NCBI GenBank assembly: GCA_951406725.2 | Contig: OX597826.1 | Span: 8,246,001-8,310,000, forward strand | From: Octopus vulgaris | Taxonomy: Eukaryota | Length of the DNA: 64,000 nucleotides | Direction: 5' to 3' | Part shown: positions 40,598-55,321 of the stretch, piece after piece | How the letters are laid out: the number at the start of each line of letters is the position of its first letter | How positions within the stretch are numbered: position 1 is the first letter of the stretch | Position numbers and translations under genes: made by a program | The notes under the pieces: model-generated | Databases searched by the model: none | What the model was told of the DNA's origin: nothing | Seen by the model: only the letters and a program-made list of their open reading frames with translations

Positions 40598-40931
40598 TAT
40601 TCTTTGCTACACTAGGCACAAGGCCCGAATTTTTTGGGGGGGTGGGGAGGGGCAGTCGATTAGATCGACCCCAGTATGCAACTGGTACTTATATCATCGA
40701 CTCCCGAAAGGATGAAAGGTAAAGTCGATCTCGGTGGAATTTAAACTCAAAACGCAAAGACAGACGAAATACCTATTTCTTTATTACCCACAAGGGACTA
40801 AACACAGAGGGGACAAACAAGGACAGACATAGGTATTAAGTCGATTACATCGACCCCAGTGCGTAACTGGTACTTATTTCATCGACTCCCGAAAGGATGA
40901 AAGACAAAGTCGACCTCGGCGGAATTTGAAC
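40598..40931 (-). mobile_element. SINE family C, two-module form, head truncated
   Basis: Tail, module, linker (cccacaaggg..aaacacagaggggacaaacaaggacagaca), then a second module ending ggaatttgaac. Confidence 0.9.
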
Positions 40932-41282
40932 GCATAATATTGTCAAGGGAAAACCAAGACAAGGGGCGATACTGCTCTGCACAAGATCTATCGTAGGCGT
41001 TGCTCTCAGAATTGAAGAAATTGACACAGTTGCCCTCAAGACATGGCCTCTATCAATTACACCAATCAACCACACGGGATACAGACATTTTAATCGATTT
41101 CGGACAGCTGGGAAACAAAAGTGACCACGACGAAATTTGAACTCAAAACGCTGAAACTTGCAGCAGATGCCGCGACTCATTTATTTGTAACGTTTAACTC
41201 CGCCAATTCGCTACGTTGTTTGTGCGTGTGAGTGTGAATGTATTTCTGGATGAGTGAGTGAGTGAGTGAGTGAGAGAGAAAT

Positions 41283-41317
<35 letters not shown>

Positions 41318-41626
41318 ACTTAAAGTGGTGCTGAAGCATGGCAGGAGCCGTGATGGCTAAAAGGAGCTGAAGAGCTAAGCTCAGAGTCGGAGACATTTTG
41401 TAGTGTCGGCCATCTTAAGGAAAGGAAAGCCTTTGAACATATTCACAAACATAGTCGACTATTTGTACTGTTCCTGTACGCAGCTTTTCTCGTTATTGCA
41501 TCCTCTCTGCTTTCCTCTGTCTTTCTCTCTCTCTCTCCGACAAACCGTCCACCATCTCTCTCTATCTTGTATCTCTGTTACAACCTCTCACCTTAATTCT
41601 CTCTCTCTCTCTCTCTCTCTGCATAT

Positions 41627-41677
<51 letters not shown>

Positions 41678-42246
41678 CACATATACCTCTGTTTGTCTTT
41701 CTATCTCTCTTCCTCTTAAATAACCGATACCATACTAAGCAGCGAAGGAGACGAGTCCAGCCCACAATTGCAAGTAATGTTAGAGTGAGATATAAAGTAG
41801 CCCATTCATTACTATTACTACATTATATGCTACACAACAGAAAGCCTTTTCCTGTTACATCATTTACTCTTCGTTTGCACTGTTGCTCACCAGATGCCTA
41901 AGCCATTATTTGCAATAGACACTAAAGTGGTGCGTAAGAATAGAGGCGTGAAAACGTTCTTTTCAAGGAACTGCTTACACAAATAAACGCACCAAAGATT
42001 ACAAAACTACAATACACACACAGTAAACGCATTCCATATATACTCACGCGAAAACACCAAACACATTATACAGACACACGCACACTTACTCTTATTCATG
42101 GACATGAATATATGTATATATATATATATATACGTATATATATCACAGTTTACAAGTACGCGCGAACATACAACATATGAACATACAGACGCACATGTAA
42201 TGCATGCATACACACGAAAGCTCATGCGTACAGAACAGTGAGTATA

Positions 42247-42303
<57 letters not shown>

Positions 42304-42312
42304 ATATTTATA

Positions 42313-42355
<43 letters not shown>

Positions 42356-43089
42356 TATATATACGTATGTATGTATATTCATTTAAATGCATGTATTTGT
42401 ATATACATATATTAATATATATACACACATATAGATGTATACACATGCATGCATACATACGTATATAGACCTGCCCATACATACATACATACATGCATAC
42501 ATACATACAAAATTACATAGAAACATACATACATACATACATACACACATACATACATACATACATGCATGCATGCATACATACATACATACATACATAC
42601 ATACATACATACATACATACATACATACATACATACATACATACATACATACCACACACATGTAGGAGTCTGTAAACATTTATTTAGACCTCACAGGCGC
42701 TACTCTATAACGAGAAAGGTAAAGAGGATTTTTTGCTGCACCAATGATGATAACATAAATATGGCTGTCTTCTTTCACAATTTCTATGTTTAACCGAGAT
42801 AACAATCGTTATGTTATAGTGAAAGGTTTCAACAGCCACAGGAAAGCCGTAAGTTGGTCGTAAGACGTTATTACGAAGAGTTTACTTTCTCTTAAATATA
42901 CAATTTTCTCCCTCAAACACAACTCCAGGTTTTTCAAGTAAATATATCTATCGCTCATTGGATTGCAACTCTTGGCATGGTATTTTAACATGCTTTTCAC
43001 AATCTACTCAACTAGATTATCTCTACCATTCCACCAAGAAATGTTAGGAATCATATACAGAAAAGGGTATTAATATTTCTTATTCCCGT

Positions 43090-43293
43090 TAAGGCGGCGA
43101 ATAGATGGCCGAGTCGTTAGCACGCCGGGTAAAATGCATAGCGATATTTCGTCCGTTTTTACGTTCTGACATCAAATTCCACCTAGGTCTATTTTGCCTT
43201 TCAATGTTTCGTGGTCGATATTAAATATTGGGCTGACGTGATCGATTACACACTCTCTCCTCTAAATTTATGGCCTTGTGCTCAAATTTGAAA
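43090..43293 (+). mobile_element. SINE family C, decayed monomer
   Basis: taaggcggcga..cgttagcacgccggg..tacgttctgacatcaaattcc..ggccttgtgctcaaatttgaaac. Confidence 0.8.
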
Positions 43294-43887
43294 CCCCTCT
43301 TGATTCGCGATGGCTTTTACCTCTACGTATTTATCTTATCACTATTATGTTAGTGAAGATTAGTAATTTGGTGTTCGAATTCTCTCAACATACGATTTTT
43401 GCACTATTTTATTTTAATTCCGTTTCAAGCCCCAAATAGCATTTTCGCTTAAACTCGTTTCAGTTCTTGGATGGCAATCATGATTGGACATCGCCTTGCG
43501 GGGTTTCAATAAAAAAAATCCAATGCGGTCCTTATATTTCTTTAAAGCGTCGTACGTATTGTATAGGCTTCTAATGCACGGTGAAGTAAACAAACCAACA
43601 CCGGTTGTCAAGCGTTTGGGTGTGGCAAACACAGATACAAAATATATACGTATAGATACACATTCAGGTTAAACACAAACTTTCTGGACTCTGGTAGTAG
43701 GGAAAATTTAATATTCCGCACTAATTTACACTAAAGTACAATTACTTGTATTTCGTTCAATTATTTAAGAAGATTTATTGTTTATTTAATTTAGAGAGTA
43801 TTAACTAAATGAGACCCCTGGTTCAGGAAAATCAGTAATCCAGAGAGGTTTTGGAACCAAAGGTACTTGAAATGGATGATGTAACTG

Positions 43888-44070
43888 TACGCATTTTTTT
43901 CTCTCCTTGTTTCTTTCCGTGTTTCTTTTCTGTGTATCTTTCTGTTGAAGAGCGTAGGCTCGAAACGTAATAGACTTGTTTTATTTATATTCCTGAGCGC
44001 CATACTAATACAATTGTTTGTTTGTATTCCACCTGCCTTCGTCTTTTTTTTATTTTCATAAAGTTTCCCG

Positions 44071-44071
<1 letters not shown>
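43888..44071 (+). mobile_element. Family H2 element with minimal hammerhead-like motif
   Basis: 43937-43974 reads tcttt-CTGTTGA-aGAGcgtaggCTC-GAAAcGTA-ataga, with a pyrimidine-rich leader. The 3' end runs into (TA)n at 44072. Confidence 0.72.
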
Positions 44072-44149
<78 letters not shown>

Positions 44150-44363
44150 AATAAATATTAAGGAATAAATCCAAACTTACAGGGAAAAATGAGATTTAGG
44201 ATTGAATCCAATTTTATAGTCAAATATTATATTATATTAAATTAGAGACAAAACCACTATTAGGCAAATCATACAATGAAAAACTTAAGCCAATACATAA
44301 GATTATTTAATTTATATTATTTAAATATATAACAAAATTATTAAAAAAATATAATTAATATAT

Positions 44364-44427
44364 CACTACGATCGTTTCATGGCTGTTAATTTCTTTAAAT
44401 TTTCGAGTTACAGTCATTCATCAGGTG
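44364..44427 (-). ncRNA. Type I hammerhead ribozyme motif (left arm)
   Basis: Reverse complement of 44465-44528. Confidence 0.75.
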
Positions 44428-44464
44428 GTTTAAATATTTATCTCGCCAAGATAAATATTTAAGC

Positions 44465-44528
44465 CACCTGATGAATGACTGTAACTCGAAAATTTAAAGA
44501 AATTAACAGCCATGAAACGATCGTAGTG
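44465..44528 (+). ncRNA. Type I hammerhead ribozyme motif (right arm)
   Basis: cac-CTGATGA-atgactgt..acagccat-GAAAC-gatc-GTA-gtg has the canonical CUGAUGA/GAAA/UH core. Predicted cleavage after 44525. Confidence 0.78.
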
Positions 44529-44659
44529 ATATATTAATTATATTTTTTTAATAATTTTGTTATATATTTAAATAATATAAATTAAATAATCTTATGTATT
44601 GGCTTAAGTTTTTCATTGTATGATTTGCCTAATAGTGGTTTTGTCTCTAATTTAATATA

Positions 44660-44770
<111 letters not shown>

Positions 44771-44932
44771 ATGTATATATCGAAATAAGTAACAAGTATA
44801 TCCAGAGGTAATGCAGTACGATCGTCGCTAAGCAATGTTTGGAAATCTCTGCATTATAGAATAATTTACAAGTATCACATTGTTGCTTTGTAACAATAGA
44901 TTCTAATAAATTGCTCGACGTGGTATACATTC

Positions 44933-45340
44933 TTATGTCTTTACTACCCACTAGGGGCTAAACATAGAGGGGACAAACAAGGACAGACAAACAAATAAAG
45001 TCGATTATATCGACCCCAGTGCCTAACTGGTACTTAATTTATCGACCCCGAAAGGATGAAAGGCAAGGTCGACCTCGGCGGAATTTGAACTCAGAACGTG
45101 GCGGCAGAAAAAATACCTATTTCTTTATTACCCACAAGGGGCTAAACATAGAGGGGACAAACAAGGACAGACAAAGGGACTAAGTTGGTTACATCGACCC
45201 CAGTGCATGACTGGTACTTGATTTATCGACGCCGAAAGGATGAAAGGCAAAGTCGACCTCGGCGGAATTTGAACTCAGAACGTAACGGCAGACGAAATAC
45301 GCCCGGCGTGCTAACGTTTCTACCAGCTCGCCGCCTTAAG
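44933..45340 (-). mobile_element. SINE family C, two-module form ending in the linker, with TSD
   Basis: Head-module-linker-module-linker. TSD gtggt(a/c)tacattc at 44920-44932 and 45341-45353. Confidence 0.92.
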
Positions 45341-45714
45341 GTGGTCTACATTCACCACTGCGGTACACATAATCATTACAAATGTTTCATTGCTGGGCAT
45401 GTTAAAACTACCAGAATGAGTTGTATATATGTACAGCTGAACGCAGCGAAACATTGTACATTTAACGTTGTCTTGCTTATTCATTGACTGGGAATAAAGA
45501 GTTCAAATTTCTGAAGGGTTAGCTGTGTCTTTCGTCATCCACCGAACGTCCACTAAAGATTGCTAAAACAAACAAACAAATGACTAAAACAGATAAGTAA
45601 GCAACAGTAAGTTGCGAATAAACACTGTGCTATGTACGAGCGAACGTGGTTTCGATTCTGTGCAAGGAACTCGTATATTTCACTTCACTTATGCCGCTAT
45701 TACTTTTAAGAAAC

Positions 45715-46113
45715 AAGGTGGCGAGCTGGCAGAAACGTTAGCACGGCAGGCGAAATGCTTAGCGGTATTTCGTCTGCCGTTACGTTCTGAGTTCAAATTG
45801 CGCCGAGGTCGACTTTGCCTTTCATCCTTTCGGGGTCGATTAAATAAGTACTAGTTACGCACTGGGGTCGATGTAATCGACTTAATCCCTTTGTCTGTCC
45901 TTGTTTGTCCCTTCTGTGTTTAGCCTCTTGTGGGTAGTAAAGAAATAGGTATTTCGTCTGTCTTAATGTTCTGAGTTCAAATTCCGCCGAGGTCGACTTT
46001 TCCTTTCACCCTTTTGGGGTCGATAAATTAAGTATCAGTTGCGTACTGGTGTCGATCTAATCGACTGGCCACCCTCCCCCAAAATTTCGGGCCCTCTGCC
46101 TCGAGTAGAAAAG
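45715..46113 (+). mobile_element. SINE family C, two-module form with TSD
   Basis: Head-module-linker-module-tail with a 184-bp module period (45764, 45948). TSD attact(t/g)ttaagaaac at 45699-45714 and 46114-46129. Confidence 0.94.
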
Positions 46114-46342
46114 ATTACTGTTAAGAAACGCATGAATGTATCGACGTCAGCTTTTCACCACATGCCATCTCTCACCCACACTTTCCTATAAGCTGTTCAC
46201 ATCGAAAGAAAGGGCCGTTCTTTTCATTCTAGCAAAGGTTTCCTTTTGCTTTGACCAAGATATTAACTATTCATCTCGGTATAGCTCCAAATGACATTGC
46301 ATCACAAGTCAAAGAAAATAGAGGTAACGCTGTCTTTCCTTG

Positions 46343-46390
<48 letters not shown>

Positions 46391-46743
46391 CGTGTGTGTG
46401 TGTGTGTGTTCGTGTGTGTGTGTGTGTCTTTTATTCACGTTCGTTCTCATTCACTCACCGACTTCTGCTTTTCTCTTTCGTTACATCTCTGTCGCCTTTC
46501 TCCTTCTTTTCTTTTCTTTATCTATAATCTAAATATTTTTCGTTTACTTTTATTTCACTTTTGCTTGTTTTTTTCTTCTTTATTTGTTGAGTGTGTAAGT
46601 GACTTCATTTCTTTCTTTTGCATTTTTATAATTTTTATTTTTTATTTTTACACTATGGCTGTTTCATCTCAGGTTGGCTACGTTGAAAACCTAAAAACCA
46701 CAAGAGAAGAAGGAGTGACAGAGAAGAAAAGGCAGAAGATGAA

Positions 46744-46765
46744 AACGAAGAAGAAGAAGAAGAAG

Positions 46766-46797
<32 letters not shown>

Positions 46798-46940
46798 GAA
46801 GAAGAAGAAGAAGAAGAAGAAGAAGAAGGAGAAGAAGAAAAAGAAGAAGAAGAAGAAGAAGCAGAAAGAAGAAGAAGGAGAAGAAGAAGAAGAAGAAGAA
46901 GAAGAAGAAGAAGAAGAAGAAGAAGAAGAAGAAGAAGAAA
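46744..46940. repeat. (AAG)n array, continuing as purine-rich tract to ~47200
   Basis: Direct reading. Confidence 0.98.
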
Positions 46941-47349
46941 GGAACAGGAACAGAAGGAGGAGGAGGGGAAGAGGAAGAGATAAACAAAGACAACGAAGAA
47001 ACGAAAGGACAAAGCAGAGAAGGAAAGGAAGAGAGAGTAAAAAGAAAGGAAGGAAGAATTATATAAATACAGAAATAAGAAAGGGAAATGAAAGGAAGGA
47101 AGAAATACATGAATAAAGGAAGAAAGGATGAAAGAATAAGAGAGAAAATAAGAAGGAAAGAAAGAAAGTAGGAACAGAATAGAAAAAGAAGGAAAAGAAG
47201 CTGTAGCAGAGGTTCCCGGCCATCTTGGCGGATGATTCTTTAGACCATCCGTTTTCCAGAATAAAGAAACAAAACTGCAAAAACAACAACAACAAAAAAC
47301 AAAAAAACAATCAAATACAATGCAAAAAAGATACTGGAAAGATAAAATG

Positions 47350-47387
<38 letters not shown>

Positions 47388-47441
47388 GTGTGGTCGTTTA
47401 TGCATATACATATATATATATTTATAGAAGCGTATATTTAC

Positions 47442-47577
<136 letters not shown>

Positions 47578-47699
47578 CAAATATATATATATATATTTAA
47601 CAAATAAATAAAAGAGAAGTTCCTCGGGCATAAAACGTACTCCTAATATTTGTGATTGGATTCGATAGCAATAGGGGTTTTGATTTCTCCATATATATA

Positions 47700-47810
<111 letters not shown>

Positions 47811-48278
47811 GTGTGTTTGGTTGTGTGTGTATGTCTGACTGTATGTATGTGTGTGTGTAAGTATGCATTTACGTATGCATACATTTTTTTTCCATACACT
47901 ACCATTCTTTCATCAAATACGTTTATTGTTCGATTATCGGTTAGTGTCTTTTGTTCGCAACGCACAACCCCGATTATATACGGAGAAAGTTCCAGTGTTT
48001 CAATAGAAAAACGCTGTAGGTAAGAAAATACCGCTTCTACTTAACGTATGTTCTCTCTTCTCCTCACATGTATGCTGTGTTCCCCTGCGTCAGTTCTGAT
48101 TCTTAGTACGCATGTATGTATGTATGTATGTATGTATGTACTTTTGTACGTGTATATGTGCGTGCGTATGTACGTTACGTATGTATGTGTGTGCTTTTGT
48201 ATGTGTGCATGTGTGTGAATATCTGTTTATAGACTAAGGAACATATGTACATAGGTACGCTTGTTAGCTCATATTTGT

Positions 48279-48323
<45 letters not shown>

Positions 48324-48324
48324 T

Positions 48325-48381
<57 letters not shown>

Positions 48382-48438
48382 ATGTCTATATATTTGTTGC
48401 ATTTATACATATGTTGTATATATATATATATATGTGAG

Positions 48439-48497
<59 letters not shown>

Positions 48498-49176
48498 ACA
48501 TATATATATATATATATACACACGCATACACTCACGTATACACATGTACACACATATTGATTGATACACACCACGATAAATACGGATAAACTTTCGTTTA
48601 TATGTGTGTGCGCCCCCATACATATATTTATACACACAGGCTTTCATATATATATATGTATATATGTATGTATGTATGTGTATATGTATGTGTGTATTTA
48701 TATATATATATAACTAGACAGATAGATAGATAGATTTGTTTGTGTGGGCGTGTAAGTATTTGGAGGTCTATTTACATACGTACAAATATATATACACAAA
48801 TGTATACACACACACACAGAGCCATACATTTTTTGAAATATATTCGAATCTGTCTACGCCATAGCATGGTTTTGGCGCATGCGTGCACTTCTGATCGTCC
48901 ACATGTCTCTCGATGTAAGATATACCTCTATTTGCATAGAGGTATATCTTCATGTGCGTTTGAGGGCGTACATGTTTCCGTGTGCCTGCGTGCATATGTG
49001 TGTGTGTGTGTGTTTGTGTGTGCGTGCTTGTTGATATATAATTAGTTATATATGGCTGTGTGCATTATATACACACATAAACACAGACTTATTAATGTAT
49101 ATATATGTGTGTAACCATGGTTACGTTGTGTGGGAGCGTCTATTTTATACACATACAAAATACATATGTATCTATA

Positions 49177-49282
<106 letters not shown>

Positions 49283-49296
49283 CATATGTATATATA

Positions 49297-49336
<40 letters not shown>

Positions 49337-49707
49337 TTATATATAGAAACCTACATATATACGTACATACATATATATAGTATATGTGTATGTGCGTATG
49401 TGTGTATGTGTGTGTGTGTACGTGTGTGTGTACGTGTGTGTGTTGTGTGTGTGAAAGGCTTGCATTTCTATGAATGGCACTGTGGCTATGAGTATGGAAA
49501 AGAATTACTTTAATATCGTTGTATAAACGTGGACGAGGACTAATTAAGCATAGTCTTTTGTGTAGCCGGAGTTCAAAACCTAGGTATGAAGATATGTCCC
49601 GCTGTTGTAATAATGTTAGATGATATAATAGAAGAGAAAAGGCTAGCTGAGTAATAGGGTGCGCATGTGGTCATGCCTTTCAAATTATTAATATAATATA
49701 GAGGAGT

Positions 49708-49768
<61 letters not shown>

Positions 49769-49865
49769 CAACACACACATATATATATATACACACATAT
49801 ATATTATCTATTTATATGTTTACATATGTATGTATATATATATGAACGTACGTAGATATATATGT

Positions 49866-49899
<34 letters not shown>

Positions 49900-50107
49900 G
49901 TATGTCTGTATGATGCTATATATTTGTGTGAGCGCATGCGTGTGTGTGACGTGTATGCCTCTTTCTATATTTACATAGACGGATACAGTTAGAGAAGTAT
50001 ATATATGTGTGAGACCATACTATAATGTTTGCATGTATGTATGAATACCTTCATCCATTTATATAACGAGTGATTGAGTCAGTATACTGGAGGCCTCACC
50101 TCGAGAC

Positions 50108-50148
<41 letters not shown>

Positions 50149-50295
50149 TTGCTTGTGTATTCTATATATATATATATATACGTATATATATCGCCCGTCG
50201 ACTCACACATGATTTATGTGAGTATGTGAATGTATAATATTATTTGGGCGAATAAGAGTAACAGTCTATATTTGTGTGTGTATATACGCTTCGCA

Positions 50296-50425
<130 letters not shown>

Positions 50426-50472
50426 TGTATGTATGTATATGATGTATATATGTATATATTGGGAACACGTAC

Positions 50473-50508
<36 letters not shown>

Positions 50509-51098
50509 TACAAATACATATATGTATATATATGTATATATATATATATGTACATATATGTACATATATATAAGTATATGTGTGTATGTATATGTATCTT
50601 CGTGTGTAGGTTCATGTGTGTGTTTGTGCGTGCATATGAGTGTATGTGCGTGCATGTGTACGTGTGTGTGTGTGCGTATGTATGTGCATGAGTGTGTGTG
50701 CGTGCCTGTGTGTGTGTGTAAATATTTATGTGTGCGTGTGTGTGTGTGTGTGTGTTTGGACAGGCTAAACATTAAGGTAACTCCTGTATGTAAGCCTTAG
50801 GGGGAAAAACGATCAGAAAGGGGAAAAAAGTGGGGTGGAGGACGGAGAGCTAGAGAGAAAGCTTAGTGCTGAGGAGAGAGGGAGAAATAGCGATAGAAAT
50901 GGGTGGACTATGGAGATAGGGAGGAAGGAGAGAGGAGGGCAGCGAGGAGAAATAAGAGAGAGACGGTAATACAAGGAATACGGAGAGGAAGAGCAAACAC
51001 ACGTGAGCATGCGTGTATATATATATACACACATACATATACACGCACATATATATTTATAGATAGATAGATAGATTTATATATATGCATAAGACCTA

Positions 51099-51167
<69 letters not shown>

Positions 51168-51403
51168 TATGTGTGCATATATATATGCTATATATATAGG
51201 GTATATATATATGCATATATACATATGTATATATATATGTTTGTATATATATATATATGTATATATGTATGTATAAACATATGCATATATGCATACATGC
51301 ACACATATATATTATATATATGTATATATATATATATACATATATTATAAATATGTATATATATATATATATATGCATATATATATTATATATATACTAT
51401 ATA

Positions 51404-51436
<33 letters not shown>

Positions 51437-52038
51437 GTGTGTATATATATAAGATATGTATATATATATGTATATATATATATATATATGCATATACATA
51501 TATATATATACAGATAGAGAGAGATGTGTGTGTATGTGTAAGTGTGTGTGGTGACAGAGAGAAAGAGAGACAGAGAAAGAGAGAGTGAGAGAGAGAAAGA
51601 GAGAATAAGTAGAATTTGCAGATGAGTTTAGGCAGCTTTTGTTCGTTATTGACGCATCCTTTCGTATGTTTTTGCTTTGCCCTGAAACCTGAGCAGCAAA
51701 ATTGTAAGGCAGCCCCAATGATTGGTTGCCTCCAGGAATAAACCATGGCACGCAAGCTAACATCTATTGACTCTATGTAAACTGTCATTGATGCAACCGC
51801 TGTGTATTTCTTGTTGGCGGCCATTTTTTTTTTACTCTCTTCTCGTCTTTTCTCATCGATGTGTATGTGTATGCTTGAGTATGTGTTTGTCTGTCTTTCT
51901 ACTTCATCTTTTAGTTGTTCTAGTTCTCGTTGTTGTTGTTGTTGTTGTTGCTGGTGTCCATATATGTCTTCCTGTTTCTTTTTGCTTTTACGTTTTTGTT
52001 TTTTCGTGTTTTTTTTTGTTATTTTTGTTTGCTTCTTC

Positions 52039-52069
<31 letters not shown>

Positions 52070-52268
52070 CGCTCTCTCTCTCTCTCTTTCTGCGTGACCA
52101 GAGAAAGCCAGCGCAGTTAATTACTGCCCTTCATCATGTCTTTAGAGAAACAGCATTAAGTGGTGTGAAGATTATTTTTCCAGATGAAATACTTACTTTT
52201 AAACAGGTCGGTCCCCACTCTGTGTACATTTGTGTCTGTATGTATTGCATGCATAAATGCATATTATT

Positions 52269-52359
<91 letters not shown>

Positions 52360-52379
52360 TATATACATATATACATATA

Positions 52380-52430
<51 letters not shown>

Positions 52431-52678
52431 GCATATATATATTTACTTATATATATGATATATATATGTATATAAACATATATATGTGTCTTTATATATT
52501 ACGTAATATATGTGGATACATACACACACACGCTCACATGCATATATATATATATATGAGTGTGTTACTGTGTGCGTGTGTGTATGGGTGTGTATCTGTG
52601 CGTGTGTGTGTGTGCATGTGTGTGAGTACAAGGAAGGGAGAATATAAATAAATTGATCGATACTACATTTAGATAACC

Positions 52679-52738
<60 letters not shown>

Positions 52739-53575
52739 GTGTGTATACGCCCGCGCGCACATATATGTATATACGTGTGTGTGTATGTGTATATATATAT
52801 GCAGACGCACAAGCATACATATGTATTTATCTATCTATATATATTTATTTACATACACACATACATACATACGTACATACATACATACATAAATACATAC
52901 ATACATACATACATACATACATACATACATACATACATACATACATACATACATACATACATAGAGGCACATATTTATATACGTAGATACACGCACATAA
53001 TTCTATTCCTGGCTGAAACAATTTAACTCTGCCTACGTCACACTTATGTCATTGCGAAAAGTAATGAACGACGCAATTCCCATTTCCCTCCATCTGAAGG
53101 CAAAATTGCTTTTGCCTAACTAGTTACGGTGCCTCGATGTTCCGGATCCAAAAATCTTCAGAGACCAATCTTACATTCCATTCAGTTTGACGTAACACAC
53201 TAATGCAAATAAACACAGAAAGAAAGACAAAAAAACTATAACAAACAATAAAATCATTGTTTCTTTCTCTGTTTGCACGAAAGCGTTCAATAAGCTTAAT
53301 ATTACGGAGGGATGCTAGTGGAAAGAAGCTGGCGGATACCCGTCCAAAAGAACGACTGAACGTTGTTATTAATACATAATGTTTTATAAAGCGTTGGATC
53401 GTATATATCTGTTGGAATAAATGCTTAGTTTCTCTTATTTTGAGCTTCTGTGTACTGAAATCCCCGTTGAGGTCAGCTTTGTTGTTCATGGTAAAATAAC
53501 CGGCCCCGCTTCTTAAATGAAATACTGCGTGGGTCGATCTTATTAACCCTAATTCGAAGAAGGTTATTGGATTGT

Positions 53576-53733
53576 GTTAGTGGTAAGTAGCTTGCTTACC
53601 AACCACATGGCTCCGGGTTCAGTTCCACTGTGTGGCACCGTGGGCAAGTGTTTTCTAGTATAGCCTTGGGCTGACCAAAGCCTTGTGAGGGGATTTAGTA
53701 GACGGAAACTGAAAGAAGCCCGTCGTATATATG

Positions 53734-53803
<70 letters not shown>

Positions 53804-54030
53804 GTGTGTGTATGTTTGTGTGTCTGTGTTTGTTCCCTCCACCCAACATGGCTTGACAACCGATGCTGGTGTGTTTACATCGCCGTCACTTAGCGGTTTG
53901 CTAAAAGAGACCGATAGAATAAGTACTAGGCTTACAAAGATTAAGTCCTAGGGTCGACTAAAGGCGGTGCTCCAGCATGGCCACAGTCAGATGACTGAAA
54001 CAAGTAAAAGAGTAAGAGAGTAAAAGAGTA
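53576..54030 (+). mobile_element. SINE A/B family, near full length
   Basis: A half to 53727, then (TA)n(TG)n, then B half ending ggcggtgctccagcatggccacagtcagatgactgaaacaagtaaaagagt and agagta repeats. Confidence 0.93.
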
Positions 54031-54171
54031 CTTACATAAGTGGACACACCCACAAACACTCAAATGTATGTTTGTCTGTCTAATCCGAGTTTCTCCCTAT
54101 GTCGAGCTATTTACTACAGTCGTGAACGGCACAGCCCACGGCAAAGGTCAGAGTCACCTGTCAATTATTGA

Positions 54172-54622
54172 TTTAAAAGTTTAGCACAAGACCAACAATC
54201 TTGGTAGGCGAGGGATAAGTCCGTTACATCGACCCCAGTGCTCAACTTGTACTTACGTTTTCGACCCTGAAAGGACGAAAATCGAAGTCGACCCCGGTGA
54301 AGTTTGAGCGTAAAAACGGGCGAAATACCGCTAAAAAGTTAGCCCGGCCTGGATATCCAATCTACCAGATTGCCACCCTTATCTTGTAAAACACTGTTTT
54401 CAAATATTGACACAAAGCCAGCTATTTCAGAGAAGAGTCTAATTCCATTATACAGAGTCTAAGTCCATTATGCTCTGCAGATACTTTTTTTTTTTTTACC
54501 CCGAAAAGGAGGAAAGGCAAAATCGACCTTGGCGGAATTCGAACTCGGAACGTAAAGACAGACGAAATGCTACGAATAATTTTGCCCGGCGTGTTATCGA
54601 TTCTGCCAGTTTGCCAAACTTA
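54172..54622 (-). mobile_element. Two tandem decayed SINE C monomers (54172-54380, ~54396-54622)
   Basis: Each has a ..cacaa tail, an aaagg..aa(g/a)tcgacc module and an attct(a/g)ccag.ttgcca head. Confidence 0.78.
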
Positions 54623-54729
54623 GCTTGTAAAATATTAATAAAATAAACATATTTATCTACTCTGCCTTAACGTTCTATTATATCGGATAATATTTACAAT
54701 ATATAAAATATATTTTATCATATTGTTAA

Positions 54730-54940
54730 AAAGACGGTGAGCTGCCAGAATCGTTAGCTCAGGGACAAAAATGCCTTGCGACATTTCACCCGTCTTCATG
54801 TTCTGGGCTCAAATTCCGCCTAGTTCGACGGTCTTTTATCTTTTCGGGGTTTATAAAATAATTATTAGTCCTATACTGGGGTTGATGGGATCAACTTGTC
54901 CCCTCCCCACTAATTTCAGGTCTTGAGTCTATATTAGAAA
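54730..54940 (+). mobile_element. SINE family C, decayed monomer
   Basis: aagacggtgagctgccagaatcgttagc..gttctgggctcaaattccgcc..ccctccccactaatttcagg. Confidence 0.78.
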
Positions 54941-55284
54941 ATACTGCATTTTAGTAAATTTATATTGCAATATGTGTGTGTAAAGATAACATTTCTAAAA
55001 TGGAAGGAGAAATTCGGAGGGATTGATTTGGTCCTGTGGTAAAATGCTTACCATGTTTGGAGGAAAGACGGGTTCAATTACCACTGACAGCTATCGAGTT
55101 TTTCTATCTAAAAGGATTTTAACCTAATATTTACACGATATTATTTATAGCTTTATTTGCTTCGAGATCCACCGTTCGAAATGTATTTTACAATAAATAT
55201 AGCTGTACTTTCAGTACATAATTCACCCATCAGTAAAATGCCTTGTCGCTCTTAAATTTTCTTTAAATAATAACCTGGTTTTAG

Positions 55285-55317
<33 letters not shown>

Positions 55318-55321
<4 letters not shown>

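Noticed and set aside
53124-53489. 121-aa ORF and an EF-hand-like DPEHRGTVT string in another frame
   Set aside because: The ORF has no recognisable family, and the EF-hand-like frame is closed by stops on both sides.
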